Counted from the first letter of the stretch, positions 1-13,239 are shown. The stretch: 64,000 nucleotides of DNA from Phyllobates terribilis (GCF_046119375.1 NW_027362769.1:362824001-362888000), one strand, 5' to 3'. Made by a program: numbers and translations. Notes: generated from the letters alone by a model not told the origin.

Positions 1-329
1 AAATACTTAACATAGTTAATATTTCCGTAACTCAGAACATAATAAAAAAATAGTAATTCCTGCTATTCCATTTGACTGGGCTAAACCTCTATGCCTTTAT
101 TGTCTCCCCCACCTCCCCCAATACATTCTACATTATTCTTAGTTGTTTTCCTTCATGTAGAAATAACCTACAAGGAAAGAAAGGGTTTATTTTAATTCCG
201 ATATTTATGTCCCATTGACTTGCATTGGTTTCCGGTATCGGAATCGGCGATATCCGATACTTTTTCGGTATCGGTCCGATACAATCCGATCCGATATTTC
301 CCGATATCGGAAGGTATCGCTCAACACTA
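1..329. mobile_element. Right end of a non-autonomous hAT-family element (TAGwGwTGAGC TIR family)
   Basis: It ends in GCTCAACACTA (319-329), identical to the right TIR of the hAT element at 17378-17388. Subterminal CCGATA/TATCGG repeats precede it. The left end lies outside the window or is lost. Confidence 0.6.
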
Positions 330-1068
330 GTCCTGTCACAAACCTCCTGCCTTTAGCTGTAGAATTGAGAAAAACTGCTGAGATGATCGGGGAGATATGA
401 GATCTGCATGGGAAAGTAGAATTGATCTTTCTAGAAATGTCTCTTGTAGGATAATTCCCCGATCAGTATATAGTCCTCCACAATAGTGATTGTGATGCAA
501 TGTACTGAAGAAAAACATCTGCTGCCCTAATCCCGAAACTCTACAGACTCCTGTATGTGATGTAAACGAGGAATAATCGCTGCACACATGCAGGTGTTCC
601 CGATATCGGCCCGACATAGGACCACGTGTTATATGAAGACAAGGAACAGAAAATCCATCAAGCACTGAGCGGGAATTCACCCATTGGTAACATTAGCTCC
701 TCCTCTTCCTCTGCGGATTATGAATTTCCCGCTCATTGTAGTTTCCACAACTTCTAAATGTAATGATGTAATTTCTTCCTCTGTGAAAAGTGTCCGGAAT
801 TATAGATAAAATCTACACAAATGTCTCATGTTATTCGGAGAAACATGAACTAACCGAATCATGTTATACCGGATGAAGGAGACCCCGGAATATCAGATCT
901 GGGGAGCAAGGGGTGGAGTAAAAAGCCACTGAACACAGGACAACTCGCTCATAAGATTACTGAAAGGATCAGAGCTGTGAAGGACTCATTCATAGGTTTC
1001 ACCATCAGTCTAGAAGGGTTAATCAGCTGTACTAGCGCCACCTGCCATTTACCCTGTGAATAGACAGA

Positions 1069-2427
1069 ACACAGGAGCAGCCACAGCTCTGATGTAGACG
1101 GGAGAGGACACAGGAGCAGCCACAGCTCTGATGTAGAAGGGAGAGGACACAGGAGCAGCCACAGCTCTGATGTAGACGGGAGAGGACACAGGAGCAGCCA
1201 CCGCTCTGATGTAGACGGGAGAGGACACAGGAGCAGCCACAGCTCTGATGTAGACGGGAGAGGACACAGGAGCAGCCACAGCTCCGATGGAGACGGGAGA
1301 GGACACAGGAGCAGCCACCGCTCTGATGTAGACGGGACAGGACACAGGAGCAGCCACAGCTCCGATGTAGACGGGAGAGGACACAGGAGCAGCCACCGCT
1401 CTGATGTAGACGGGAGAGGACACAGGAGCAGCCACAGCTCTGATGTAGACGGGAGAGGACACAGGAGCAGCCACAGCTCTGATGGAGACGGGAGAGGACA
1501 CAGGAGCAGCCACAGCTCTGATGTAGACTGGAGAGGAGACAGGAGCAGCCACCGCTCTGATGTAGACTGGAGAGGACACAGGAGCAGCCACCGCTCTGAT
1601 GTAGACGGGAGAGGACACAGGAGCAGCCACAGCTCTGATGTAGACGGGAGAGGACACAGGAGCAGCCACAGCTCCGATGTACACGGGAGAGGACACAGGA
1701 GCAGCCACAGCTCTGATGTAGACTGGAGAGGACACAGGAGCAGCCACAGCTCTGATGTAGACGGGAGAGGACACAGGAGCAGCCACCGCTCTGATGTAGA
1801 CGGGAGAGGACACAGGAGCAGCCACCGCTCTGATGTAGACGGGAGAGGACACAGGAGCAGCCACAGCTCTGATGTAGCCGGGAGAGGACACAGGAGCAGC
1901 CACCGCTCTGATGTAGACGGGAGAGGACACAGGAGCAGCCACCGCTCTGATGTAGACGGGAGAGGACACAGGAGCAGCCACAGCTCTGATGTAGACGGGA
2001 GAGGACACAGGAGCAGCTACCGCTCTGATGTAGACGGGAGAGGACACAGGAGCAGCCACCGCTCTGATGTAGACGGGAGAGGACACAGGAGCAGCCACAG
2101 CTCCGATGTAGACGGGAGAGGACACAGGAGCAGCCACAGCTCTGATGGAGACGGGAGAGGACACAGGAGCAGCCACAGCTCTGATGGAGACGGGAGAGGA
2201 CACAGGAGCAGCCACAGCTCCGATGTAGACGGGAGAGGACACAGGAGCAGCCACAGCTCCGATGTAGACGGGAGAGGACACAAGAGCAGCCACAGCTCTG
2301 ATGTAGACGGGAGAGGACACAGGAGCAGCCACAGCTCTGATGTAGACGGGAGAGGACACAGGAGCAGCCACCGCTCTGATGTAGACGGGAGAGGACACAG
2401 GAGCAGCCACCGCTCTGATGGAGACGG
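1069..2427. repeat. 39-bp minisatellite, about 35 units, directly 3' of the H2B stem-loop
   Basis: Plus-strand unit is GAGAGGACACAGGAGCAGCCACAGCTCTGATGTAGACGG. The minus strand of each unit contains AGAGCTGT or AGAGCGGT. Confidence 0.97.
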
Positions 2428-2433
2428 GGTGGT

Positions 2434-2449
2434 GGCTCTTAGAAGAGCC
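2434..2449 (-). terminator. Histone 3' stem-loop (SLBP site) of H2B
   Basis: Minus strand reads AAA-GGCTCT-TCTA-AGAGCC-ACCAC: a 6-bp stem with a UYUN loop and typical flanks. Confidence 0.92.
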
Positions 2450-2483
2450 TTTGGGGTGATGGCGGAGCAGCAGACGGANNNNN

Positions 2484-3065
<582 letters not shown>

Positions 3066-3661
3066 TGTCTATTGTTTACTATAGAGTAGAAACTTAAAAG
3101 CATTAAATGCACAGGTCGATCCTGCTACTTGTTACTGGTGTGGTGATGGTGCAGCGATTGCTTTTACCTTGCTGGGCAGTGATCTAGTATATTCAGCACA
3201 GTATACAAGGGATGACTGGTAAATATTTGTATAGGGGAAGATTAAGCATGGAGTCCAGTCATTATTTTATTCCATAAAACTTAAAAATCGGACTATTATT
3301 TTGCCTGGGTTTTCCGAGCCCCACACAATCCCCAAGTAGGGGATGGCAGGAGAGGGGGTTGATTCCAATCAGTGCCGTTATCTGTATATTCAGCAGTGAT
3401 CTGATGCTTCTCCGCTCCATCTACACGTGCAGGAGGCTCCTCACTCACCCACGTATTATTCTTTGCGGATTCCCTGTGGTGTCGGTTCCGATCACACCAC
3501 AGACTAAGACAAGTCTCTCATGTTCTACCAGGAGCCTGATGTGAGCGCTGCGGGTCTGGAGTGGGGGAAGGAGCCGCTTGTGTAAAGCATGTGTGTGATC
3601 AGCAGTCACACGGCCACTAAGGAGTGAAACGGAGGAGGAAACCCTTATATCTGGTTCTTAG

Positions 3662-6132
3662 TCATTGGCTTAGCTCTATTCCTCCCATTCTGTATATGCT
3701 TTTTTCATTTTTATTGCCCAGATGTAGTACTTTGCATTTTTCCCTGTTAAAAACCATTCTGTTGGTTGCTGCCCACTGCTCCAGTTTATTTAGGTCTTTT
3801 TGAATCCTCTCTCTCTCTTCTCTAGTATTAGCTATCCCTCCTAGCTTTGTGTCATCAGCAAATTTAATCAGTTTACCCTCAATTCCTTCATCTAAATCAT
3901 TGATGATGTTGAACAATACAGGTCCCAGGACAGAGCCCTGTGGTATCCCACTTGAGACATTCATCCAGCTGGATGTGAAGCCATTTACAACCACCCTTTG
4001 AGTCCGATCACTAAGCCAGTTATGAATCCACCTAACAGTTGCCTGGTCCATTGCATACTTGGTCATTTTTTCAATAAGGATGGTGTGAGATACTTTGTCA
4101 AATGCTTTGCTGAAGTCAAGATATACTATATCTACAGCATTTCCCTGATCCACCCAGTCAGTGATTCTGTCATAGAAGGAAATTAAGTTAGTCTGACATG
4201 ACTTGTTAGTTACAAACCCATGCTGACTCTGGTTAATCACTTCATTCTTATCCAGGTACTTACATACATGATGTTTAATAATTTGTTCAAAGATCTTTCC
4301 TGGTATAGAAGTCAGACTCACCGGCCTATAGTTCCCTGGGTCCACCTTCTTCCCCTTTTTGAAGATAGGAACAACATTTGCTCTTCTCCAGTCTTCTGGG
4401 ACTTCTCCTGTTCTCCAAGAATTTTCAAAGATTATGGAGAGTGGTTCTAAAATTTCTTCTACGATCTCCTTCAGTACTCTGGGGTGTAATTCATCTGGAC
4501 CTGGAGACTTGAACTCATTTATGTTAGCTAAATATTCCCTCACAATCTTTCTGTTTACAGATAACTTGGATTCTTCTATTCCTTTAAAAGGACAGTGAAA
4601 ATCAGTTGATGTTACATTTTCTTTCTGAGAGAAAACAGATGCAAAATAGGAATTAAAAAGTTCGGCCTTCTCAACATCCTCTCTTACCATTTCTCCATTT
4701 TCATCCTGTAAAAATCCTATAGCATCTTTGACTTTTCTTTTACTTTTGACATACCCCCAAAATCCTTTTTTATTGCTTTTGACATCTCTTGCAAGCCTTA
4801 ATTCATTGTCAGCTTTAGCTAACCTGATACGTGCCCTACAGGATCTGCAGACTGCATTATAATCTTCTTTAGATATGCCTCCCTCTTTCCATTTAATAAA
4901 CATTTCTTTCTTTCTTTTTAGCATGTGTTTAAGTTCTGTGTTCATCCATCCTGGTTTCCTTAAATGCTTCCCATTCTTCCTACTTTTCGGGATTGTTAAC
5001 GATTGTGCTTTGAGAATCTCATTTTTAAAAATTTCCCATCCTTCCTGGACATTTTTGTCCTTAAGGACATCCAGCTATTGGATCCCTCCTATTCTGTTTC
5101 TGAGTCTCTTAAAATCTGCCTTTCTAAAATCTAACCTTGAAGTTTGAGTCTTCACATGTCTTCCTCCTCTAGTTATCCAAAATTCTATAATAGCATGATC
5201 GCTGCCTCCTAGGGTCCCAGCCACCTTTACCTCCTCAACCATTTCCTCCCTGTTTATAAGGATTAGATCCAAAGTAGCAGATCCCCTTGTTTTCTCCCCT
5301 ACCTTTTGGAAGATAAAGTTGTCAGCAAGAGAGGATAAGAATTTGCTTGACCTGTTAGTTTTACTTGAGAGAGATTCCCAACAAATGTCTGGATAGTTGA
5401 AATCTCCCATGACCACTACGTCATATTTTTTGGAGAACTTGGTCATTTGATACATAAAGAGTTCATCCATATCTTCAGCTTGCCCAGGTGGCCTGTAGTA
5501 AATGCCTACAATGGTGTCCTTTCCGTTGTTCTCTCCTTGTATTCTTACCCAAACAGTTTCCACAGAACTCCCAGTCTCTGAAGCTTCAATCTCTGTGCAG
5601 ATATACGCTTTTCTAACATACAATGCGACACCTCCTCCTCGTTTATCAATTCTGTTTCTTGCAAATAAGTTGTATCCTTTTAGCCTTTTATTCCAATCAT
5701 GTGTATCGTCCCACCAAGTTTCAGTGATTCCAATGACATCATATTTCTTTTCCTGCATTAGTAGTTCCAATTCTCCTTGTTTGTTGCCCATGCTTTGTGC
5801 ATTTGTATAAAAACATTTTAGTTTGTGATTGGTTTCTCTTCCTCCCATATTTTTATTTAGATTTTTTTGTCTTTGTTCTTTCTTTCCACTTCCAGTAGCA
5901 GAGATCTCAATAGTATTTGTCAGCTGTATGGCTTTTTCTGGCCTTTTGCTTCCCTTCCCACATTGTTCTAGTTTAAAGCTCTCCTGATGAGTGTAGCAAG
6001 GCGACTTCCAAATACATGTTTCCAGTCTTCGTAAGGTGCACCCCATCTCTAGCAAGTAGTCCATCGTATAGGTAATTCATCCCGTGATCCAGAAATCCAA
6101 ATCCTTGTTGACGGCACCATCGACGTAGCCAG
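3662..6132 (-). mobile_element. CR1 LINE, 3' part: end of ORF1 plus ORF2 (APE endonuclease and RT), 3'-truncated
   Basis: APE motifs (CFYTNAQS, IGITETWW, GGGVALYV, VVMGDFN) and RT motifs (KSPGPD, NYRPVSL, YLDFSKAFD, PQGSVLGP, FADD). ORFs 5075-6064 and 3662-4945 are in one frame, separated by a TAG at 5075-5077. The ORF1 stop is at 5968-5970. Confidence 0.93.
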
Positions 6133-7049
6133 TAGAGATGAGCGTTGTTCTACTCGAACTGTTCGCCAATCTCAAATTCGAGCTGTTTTGGGCGGTGTTC
6201 GAGCCGGTCGGCGAACACGAACAATTTGAGAAAAATTCGGCTGTTCGAGGTTATGTTCGATAACTGTTCGTGCACCAAAATCATAACTGGATTTTTTCTC
6301 AGTAATGATGAAAATTAATGTTAATACGCAGTTTGAGTGTACAGCGGGGCGGGGGGAGGGGCAGGGGATGGATCTCTGCAGGAACAATGAAGATCACCAT
6401 TTTTTTTTCTCTTTCCCGCATTTGCAGTGGGGAGGTGCAATCTGTCAGCCTATCAGCAGCGCACACACGGAGCGAAGTGCTTTTTTTCACACAAGCAAGG
6501 GCATGTGTCATTGGCAGTGTATGTCACATGTCCTTGCCCTATAAGACCAAGCCATTTTCCCCGTCGCCACCATTTTCTCACTGCTGCAGCTGCGTGTTAG
6601 ACGGCACCGCTGTTGCTGTGTGCGCTATATCTTGTTAATTTCAAGCCAATTTTCGCACAAATATACAGATAGCTTGGGAGTAGGGAATAGTTGTGATTGC
6701 AGTCCTTTTAAGGACTAGGTTACAGCATTTCCTACGACTTTTATCAGGCAGGTCTGTGCTCTTAAATAGATAGATTGTGGGAGTAAAGACTAATTGTAAT
6801 TGGAGTCCTTTTCAGGACTAGGTTACATCAGTTCCTATCAGTTTTTGCCAGGCAGGTCTGTGCCAGTGCTGTGCAAGTTTTTTTCACAGCATTTGGCTGA
6901 ATCTAGCAAAGCTAATCCTTTTTGGCCTATTGCAGAGTGTGTTAGTCAGTGGAGTAGCCTATCTGTGTTGCAAGATATACCACCTGTGTATAGAATACCA
7001 ATTTTTTTACTGCACCTAGTGAAGTAAAATCTTTTGGGCATAGCATCAT

Positions 7050-9097
7050 TCTATTAGTCCATCTATACTGACCTCCATCAGGTTGCAAACTGAATATAAT
7101 TTTTTTCTGCATCTAGCTCTGAAAAAACATTTGGGCTTCTAGCAGTGTGTGGGACTTGGTCTATTAGTCCATCTATACTGACCTCCATCAGGTTGCAAAT
7201 TAAAAATAATTTTTTTCTGCATCTAGCTCTGAAAAAATATTTGGGCTTCTAGCAGTGTGTGGGACTTGGTCTATTAGTTCATCTATACTGACCTCCATCA
7301 GGTTGCAAATTAAAAATAATTTTTTTCTTCATTTATCTCTGAAAAAATATTTGGGCTTCTAGCAGCGTGTGGGACTTGTTCTATTAGTCCATCTATACTG
7401 ACCTCCATCAGGTTGCAAATTAAAAATAATTTTTTTCTGCATCTAGCTCTGAAAAAATATTTGGGCTTCTAGCAGTGTGTGGGACTTGGTCTATTAGTCC
7501 ATCTATACTGACCTCCATCAGGTTGCAAATTAAAAATAATTTTTTTCTGCATCTAGCTCTGAAAAAATATTTGGGCTTCTAGCAGTGTGTGGGACTTGGT
7601 CTATTAGTCCATCTATACTGACCTCCATCAGGTTGCAAATTGAATAAAAAAATTTTCTGCATCTAGCTCTGAAAAAATATTTGGGCTTCTAGCGGTGTGT
7701 GGGACTTGGTCTATTAGTCCATCTATACTGACCTCCATCAGGTTGCAAATTAAAAATAATTTTTTTCTGCATCTAGCTCTGAAAAAATATTTGGGCTTCT
7801 AGCAGTGTGTGGGTCTTGGTCTATTAGTCCATCTATACTGACCTCCATCAGGTTGCAAATTAAAAATAATTTTTTTCTTCATTTAGCTCTGAAAAAATAT
7901 TTGGGCTTCTAGCAGTGTGTGGGACTTGTTCTATTAGTCCTTCTATACTGACGTCCAGCAGGTTGCAAATTGAATATAATTTTTTTCTGCATCTAGCTCT
8001 GAAAAAATATTTGGGCTTCTAGCGGTGTGTGGGACTTGGTCTATTAGTCCATCTATACTGACCTCCATCAGGTTGCAAATTAAAAATATTTTTTTTCTGC
8101 ATCTAGCTCTGAAAAAATATTTGGGCTTCTAGCAGTGTGTGGGACTTGGTCTATTAGTCCATCTATACTGACCTCCATCAGGTTGCAAATTAAAAATATT
8201 TTTTTTCTGCATCTAGCTCTGAAAAAATATTTGGGCTTCTAGCAGTGTGTGGGACTTGGTCTATTAGTCCATCTATACTGACCTCCATCAGGTTGCAAAT
8301 TAAAAATAATTTTTTTCTTCATTTAGCTCTGAAAAAATATTTGGGCTTCTAGCAGTGTGTGGGACTTGTTCTATTAGTCCTTCTATACTGACCTCCAGCA
8401 GGTTGCAAATTGAATATAATTTTTTTCTGCATCTAGCTCTGAAAAAAATATTTGGGCTTCTAGCGGTGTGTGGGACTTGGTCTATTAGTCCATCTATACT
8501 GACCTCCATCAGGTTGCAAATTAAAAATAATTTTTTTCTGCATCTAGCTCTGAAAAAATATTTGGGCTTCTAGCAGTGTGTGGGACTTGGTCTATTAGTC
8601 CATCTATACTGACCTCCATCAGGTTGCAAATTAAAAATAATTTTTTTCTGCATCTAGCTCTGAAAAAATATTTGGGCTTCTAGCGGTGTGTGGGACTTGG
8701 TCTATTAGTCCATCTACACTGACCTCCATCAGGTTGCAAATTAAAAATAATTTTTTTCTGCATCTAGCTCTGAAAAAATATTTGGGCTTCTAGCGGTGTG
8801 TGGGACTTGGTCTATTAGTCCATCTATACTGACCTCCATCAGGTTGCAAATTAAAAATAATTTTTTTCTGCATCTAGCTCTGAAAAAATATTTGGGCTTC
8901 TAGCAGTGTGTGGGACTTGGTCTATTAGTCCATCTATACTGACCTCCATCAGGTTGCAAATTGAATAAAAAAATTTTCTGCATCTAGCTCTGAAAAAATA
9001 TTTGGGCTTCTAGCGGTGTGTGGGACTTGGTCTATTAGTCCATCTATACTGACCTCCATCAGGTTGCAAATTAAAAATAATTTTTTTCTGCATCTAA
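7050..9097. repeat. 110-bp tandem repeat, about 18-19 units, inside the hAT element upstream of the transposase
   Basis: Unit CATCTAGCTCTGAAAAAATATTTGGGCTTCTAGCAGTGTGTGGGACTTGG... with period 110 (for example 7131 to 7241). Degenerate single copies at about 13000-13110 and about 16515-16570. Confidence 0.95.
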
Positions 9098-9212
9098 CCC
9101 AGCCAATAGTTTTGGCCTAATACCACAGTTTGGCCACTCAGCTCTGCTCGGTTACCATCCATTGTTTTTTTGTGCAAACAACTCCAGAGTTGTGAATTAG
9201 TTAACCACCAAA

Positions 9213-12200
9213 ATGAGTGGAAAAAGGCCTGCTGCTGGTGGAAAGGGGAATAGGCGTGTTGGGAAGGGGAAAAAAGGTTGTGTCCGTGGGGTAGGTGTTA
9301 AAGCAACAGTAACATCTGCAGAAGAAAGACCATCTTCCAGCCAAACTAAAATGTCTACTTCTTTTAGCGGACAATGTGATAAGATCCCTTTCTTACGGCC
9401 ACGCCAATCGCTACAAATTCCAGATGAGGCACAAAAACAGCAGGTGCTTCAACGGATATCAAGTGCTCCTTTAAGTGGGCTCTCCTCCACATCAACTTCA
9501 ACATCACAAATACTCCAGTCCTCAAAGGTGTCACCCAAATCGCACTTGCTTCCTCACAGCTCCCAAATCTCCAGCTGCCCGTCTGAGTATGAGGTAGAAC
9601 AGATGGTTGAGTCTGCAGAGCTGTTTACTCATACTATAGCCTGGGAATCAGAGGTCGACTCCAGCGCTTCTGTGAATCCAGACGAGGAAATGATCTGCAC
9701 TGATGCCCAGAATCTTTATGAGTCGGATCCAGGACCAGACGCAGAAGGTTCTGACCATAATGTAGACCCTCATTCCCAAACTGTAACTCCTGTTGGTGGA
9801 GACAATGAGGAAGACGATGATAAGACTCAAATACCTGATTGGAGCGACAACTTTAGTTTTTTGTCAGGGCAGGAACAGGTTGGCTCTGAGGACGACGGGT
9901 GTGATAACGCACAGGGTGATGATGATGAGGTCGGAGATCCCACTTACTGTCAACCCACAGTCAGCCAAGAGATGAGGTCAGCAGAGGAGGTGGAGGAAGA
10001 TGCTAGTGACGACGAGGTCAGGTTGCGCCTTCCTGGACAGAGACGTAGTACTGGAAGCACGTCAACAACTGCATCCTCAAACACAACTCTGCCTCTCACC
10101 ACAAGTCGTGGTGGCTCTTCAGGTCGCATGGGTGCTAAGCCTTGCATAGCCTGGGCATTTTTTCAGATCGATAAAGATGACCCAACTCGTGTTATCTGTA
10201 ACATTTGTCAGCAAAAGCTAAGTAGAGGCCAAAAAATACATAGTTTGAGTACTTCATGCATGAACCGGCACATGGACATGAAGCATAAGTTGCAGTGGGA
10301 AGCTCAGTGTGCTACAATGCGGTCTAGCCGGCCGGGCCAACCACCGTCTGCCATATCTTGTGCATCCGCGGCCTCTTCATCCTCTGTGACTGGGGGGACA
10401 GCAGTCACACCTGTTTTGGGGCGCAGACCTGCCACCTCTTTACCCGCAACAGCCAGCGTGATTGGCAGGTCATCATTTTCTTTGGAGGTGGTAACACCAG
10501 CTGGTGTTGAGCGCTGTCCGACATCGATAGCACCACCTTTGGATCAAGGCAACCTAACATGTCCGCCTGCATCTTCCTCACAGACCGGCAGTTTGCTGGG
10601 GACACCCTTATCAACCCCGTCTAAGCACAATAGCCAGCCCTCGGTCCCTCAGATGTGGACAAGTAAAAGACCATTTCCTCCTAGCCATGAGAAAGCTAAG
10701 AGGTTGAATTTCACCATCTGCAAGCTCTTGGCTACAGAAATGCTGCCTTTCCGCCTGGTGGACACAGAGGATTTTCGAGACCTTATGTCCGTCGCAGTGC
10801 CCCAGTACCAGATGCCCAGTCGGCACTACTTCTCAAAGAAAGGTGTGCCTGCGCTCCACCAGCATGTCGCACACAACATCACCGCTTCTTTGAGAAACTC
10901 TGTGTGTGACAGGGTGCATTTCACCACAGACACTTGGACGAGTAGGCATGGACAGGGGCGTTACATGTCGCTGACTGGGCACTGGGTAACTATGGTGACA
11001 GCAGGACAAGGGGCTGCTGTCCAAGTCTTGCCGTCCCCACGAGTTGTGCGTCAATCCTCTTTATGTCATTTTTCCTCCACTGCTTCTGCCTCCTCAACCT
11101 CCTCTCGGTCTTCCACCTGCACCCAAAGGCTGTCTGGTCATGCCACAAGCTTTCTAACTGCGCAGAAGGGATCCTGCACACCTCCTTACTATGCTGGCAG
11201 TAGGGCTCAACGTCATCAGGCGGTTTTTACATTGAAATGTCTGGGAAATGTGAGTCACACAGCTGAGGAGTTGTGGTCAGCTCTGGAGAACCAATTTCAT
11301 GAATGGTTGTCTCCACTGGACCTGAAACCAGGGAAGGCCGTGTGCGACAATGCTGCAAACCTGGGTGCGGCCCTTCGCCGGGGCAATGTCACACACGTGC
11401 CTTGTATGGCTCACGTGTTGAACCTGGTTGTCCAGCAATTTTTAGCCCACTATCCCAGACTAGATGGCCTTCTGCAGAGGGCACGGTCGCTGTGTGCTCA
11501 CTTCCGCCGTTCGCATCCCGCAGCTCAGCGACTTACATCTCTACAGAAGTCGTTGGGCCTGCCACTTCACCGGCTAAAATGCGATGTGCCTACCCAGTGG
11601 AATTCAACTCTGCACATGTTGCAGCGACTGTGGCAGCACCGACAAGCCCTGGTGCAATACGTTCTGACGTATAGCCTGGGCCAACGAGATTCAGAGGTGG
11701 GGCAAATCACGCTGGAGGAGTGGTCTCAGATCAGGGACCTATGCACCCTTCTGCACAGTTTTGAAATGGCGACGAAGATGTTTAGTGCTGACGATGCCAT
11801 TATCAGCATGACTATTCCGGTGATTTACATGCTGGAGCACATGTTAAACAGAATTCGGAGTCAGGTGGTGGCACAAGAGGAGGTGGAGGAAGTAGAGGAG
11901 GAGGAGTTGTATGCGGAAGGGCTAACATCTGCAAGGTCCAGACGGTCGGCAGCACCAAGGCGGCAGGCATGTGAGGGTGGGGGAGATGATTTTACCAGGG
12001 CGCATGGTAGCAGCCAAACTAGTGAGGAAGGTGCAGGAGCCCAGGAAGAAGTGGAGGACGAACTGATGGAAGACTCATCAGATGAGGGAGACCTTGATCA
12101 CATTTCTGTTGTGCGAGGTTGGGGGGAGAGGACAGAGGAAGGAAGCATGATTGCTACCTCGCCACCAACACAACAGGGACTTGGTGCTCCTGGATGCGCA

Positions 12201-12914
12201 ACACACATGAGTGCCTTCTTGCTGCACTACCTGCAACATGACGGTCGAATTGTGAGAATTAGAAATAATCCTGACTACTGGGTTGCCACACTGTTAGATC
12301 CCCGGTACAAAAGTAAATTTGCAGAAATTATTCCTGCCATAGAAAGGGATGCACGCATGCAGGAGTATCAGCAGAGACTGTTGCAGAATCTTACATGTGC
12401 TTTTCCACAAAATACCAGTGGTGCACGTAGTGAATCTCACAGTTCCAACTTGCCAACCGTGGGACCGTCAAGTGTTCAGCACTCAAACCGTAACAGAACC
12501 ACAGTATCTGCTGGTAACATCAATTTTGCGGAATCATTTCACCACTTTTTTAGCCCATCCTTTGCAAGGCCACAGGAGACAAGAAGTCTGACACATAGTC
12601 AACGCCTAGAGACGATGGTACAGGAGTATCTCCAAGTAAACATTGAAGCCACGACTGTGTCACTGGACCCTTGCTCTTTTTGGGCTTCCAATCTGGATAA
12701 ATGGCCGGAGCTAGCCACTTACGCCTTGGAGATCTTGTCATGCCCCGCAGCCAGCGTTCTGTCTGAACGTGTGTTCAGCGCTGCTGGTGGTGTGCTGACA
12801 GATAAGCGCACGCGGCTCTCCACTGATAATGTAGACAGACTCACGTTCATAAAGATGAACAAATCATGGATCCGAAACGACTTTTCTACCCCTGTGTCAT
12901 CCTGGGGAGAGTAA
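9213..12914 (+). CDS. hAT transposase (BED zinc finger, DDE core, C-terminal dimerisation domain), 1233 aa
   Basis: BED finger (AWAFF...CNIC...HMDMKH), FTTDTW, CDNAANL, CMAHVLNL, CDVPTQWNS and CPAASVLSERVFS. The ORF is uninterrupted. Confidence 0.93.
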   Translation: MSGKRPAAGGKGNRRVGKGKKGCVRGVGVKATVTSAEERPSSSQTKMSTSFSGQCDKIPFLRPRQSLQIPDEAQKQQVLQRISSAPLSGLSSTSTSTSQILQSSKVSPKSHLLPHSSQISSCPSEYEVEQMVESAELFTHTIAWESEVDSSASVNPDEEMICTDAQNLYESDPGPDAEGSDHNVDPHSQTVTPVGGDNEEDDDKTQIPDWSDNFSFLSGQEQVGSEDDGCDNAQGDDDEVGDPTYCQPTVSQEMRSAEEVEEDASDDEVRLRLPGQRRSTGSTSTTASSNTTLPLTTSRGGSSGRMGAKPCIAWAFFQIDKDDPTRVICNICQQKLSRGQKIHSLSTSCMNRHMDMKHKLQWEAQCATMRSSRPGQPPSAISCASAASSSSVTGGTAVTPVLGRRPATSLPATASVIGRSSFSLEVVTPAGVERCPTSIAPPLDQGNLTCPPASSSQTGSLLGTPLSTPSKHNSQPSVPQMWTSKRPFPPSHEKAKRLNFTICKLLATEMLPFRLVDTEDFRDLMSVAVPQYQMPSRHYFSKKGVPALHQHVAHNITASLRNSVCDRVHFTTDTWTSRHGQGRYMSLTGHWVTMVTAGQGAAVQVLPSPRVVRQSSLCHFSSTASASSTSSRSSTCTQRLSGHATSFLTAQKGSCTPPYYAGSRAQRHQAVFTLKCLGNVSHTAEELWSALENQFHEWLSPLDLKPGKAVCDNAANLGAALRRGNVTHVPCMAHVLNLVVQQFLAHYPRLDGLLQRARSLCAHFRRSHPAAQRLTSLQKSLGLPLHRLKCDVPTQWNSTLHMLQRLWQHRQALVQYVLTYSLGQRDSEVGQITLEEWSQIRDLCTLLHSFEMATKMFSADDAIISMTIPVIYMLEHMLNRIRSQVVAQEEVEEVEEEELYAEGLTSARSRRSAAPRRQACEGGGDDFTRAHGSSQTSEEGAGAQEEVEDELMEDSSDEGDLDHISVVRGWGERTEEGSMIATSPPTQQGLGAPGCATHMSAFLLHYLQHDGRIVRIRNNPDYWVATLLDPRYKSKFAEIIPAIERDARMQEYQQRLLQNLTCAFPQNTSGARSESHSSNLPTVGPSSVQHSNRNRTTVSAGNINFAESFHHFFSPSFARPQETRSLTHSQRLETMVQEYLQVNIEATTVSLDPCSFWASNLDKWPELATYALEILSCPAASVLSERVFSAAGGVLTDKRTRLSTDNVDRLTFIKMNKSWIRNDFSTPVSSWGE

Positions 12915-13124
12915 AAGCTTGATGATTGGTTAAAATCACCCTACCAACCGTTTTAAGCTTTCAAATTACTAATCATGTTTATCTGTATCTTGACTGGAAA
13001 ATAATTTGGGCTTTGTAGCAGTGTGCAGCACTGATCCTATTAGGCCATCTATAATAAGCTTCACCAGATTTAAAATTAAAAATAATTTTTAGCTGCATCT
13101 AGCCCGGAAAATAATTTTGGGGCT

Positions 13125-13239
13125 CCGAGATGCGCAAGACACATAAGTGCCTTCTTGCTGCACTACCTGCAGCATGACCCTCATATTGTCAGAATTCGAA
13201 GTAATCATGACTACTGGGTTGCCACACTCTTAGATCCCC
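13125..13239 (+). pseudogene. Second, diverged fragment of the hAT transposase 3' region (resumes at 14614-14684)
   Basis: LHYLQHDPHIVRIRSNHDYWVATLLDP resembles 12220-12300, and 14614-14684 resembles 12395-12465. Confidence 0.75.

Noticed and set aside
9213-12914. Domesticated ZBED host gene
   Set aside because: It is flanked by TIRs and a perfect 8-bp TSD inside a CR1, so it is a transposon copy.
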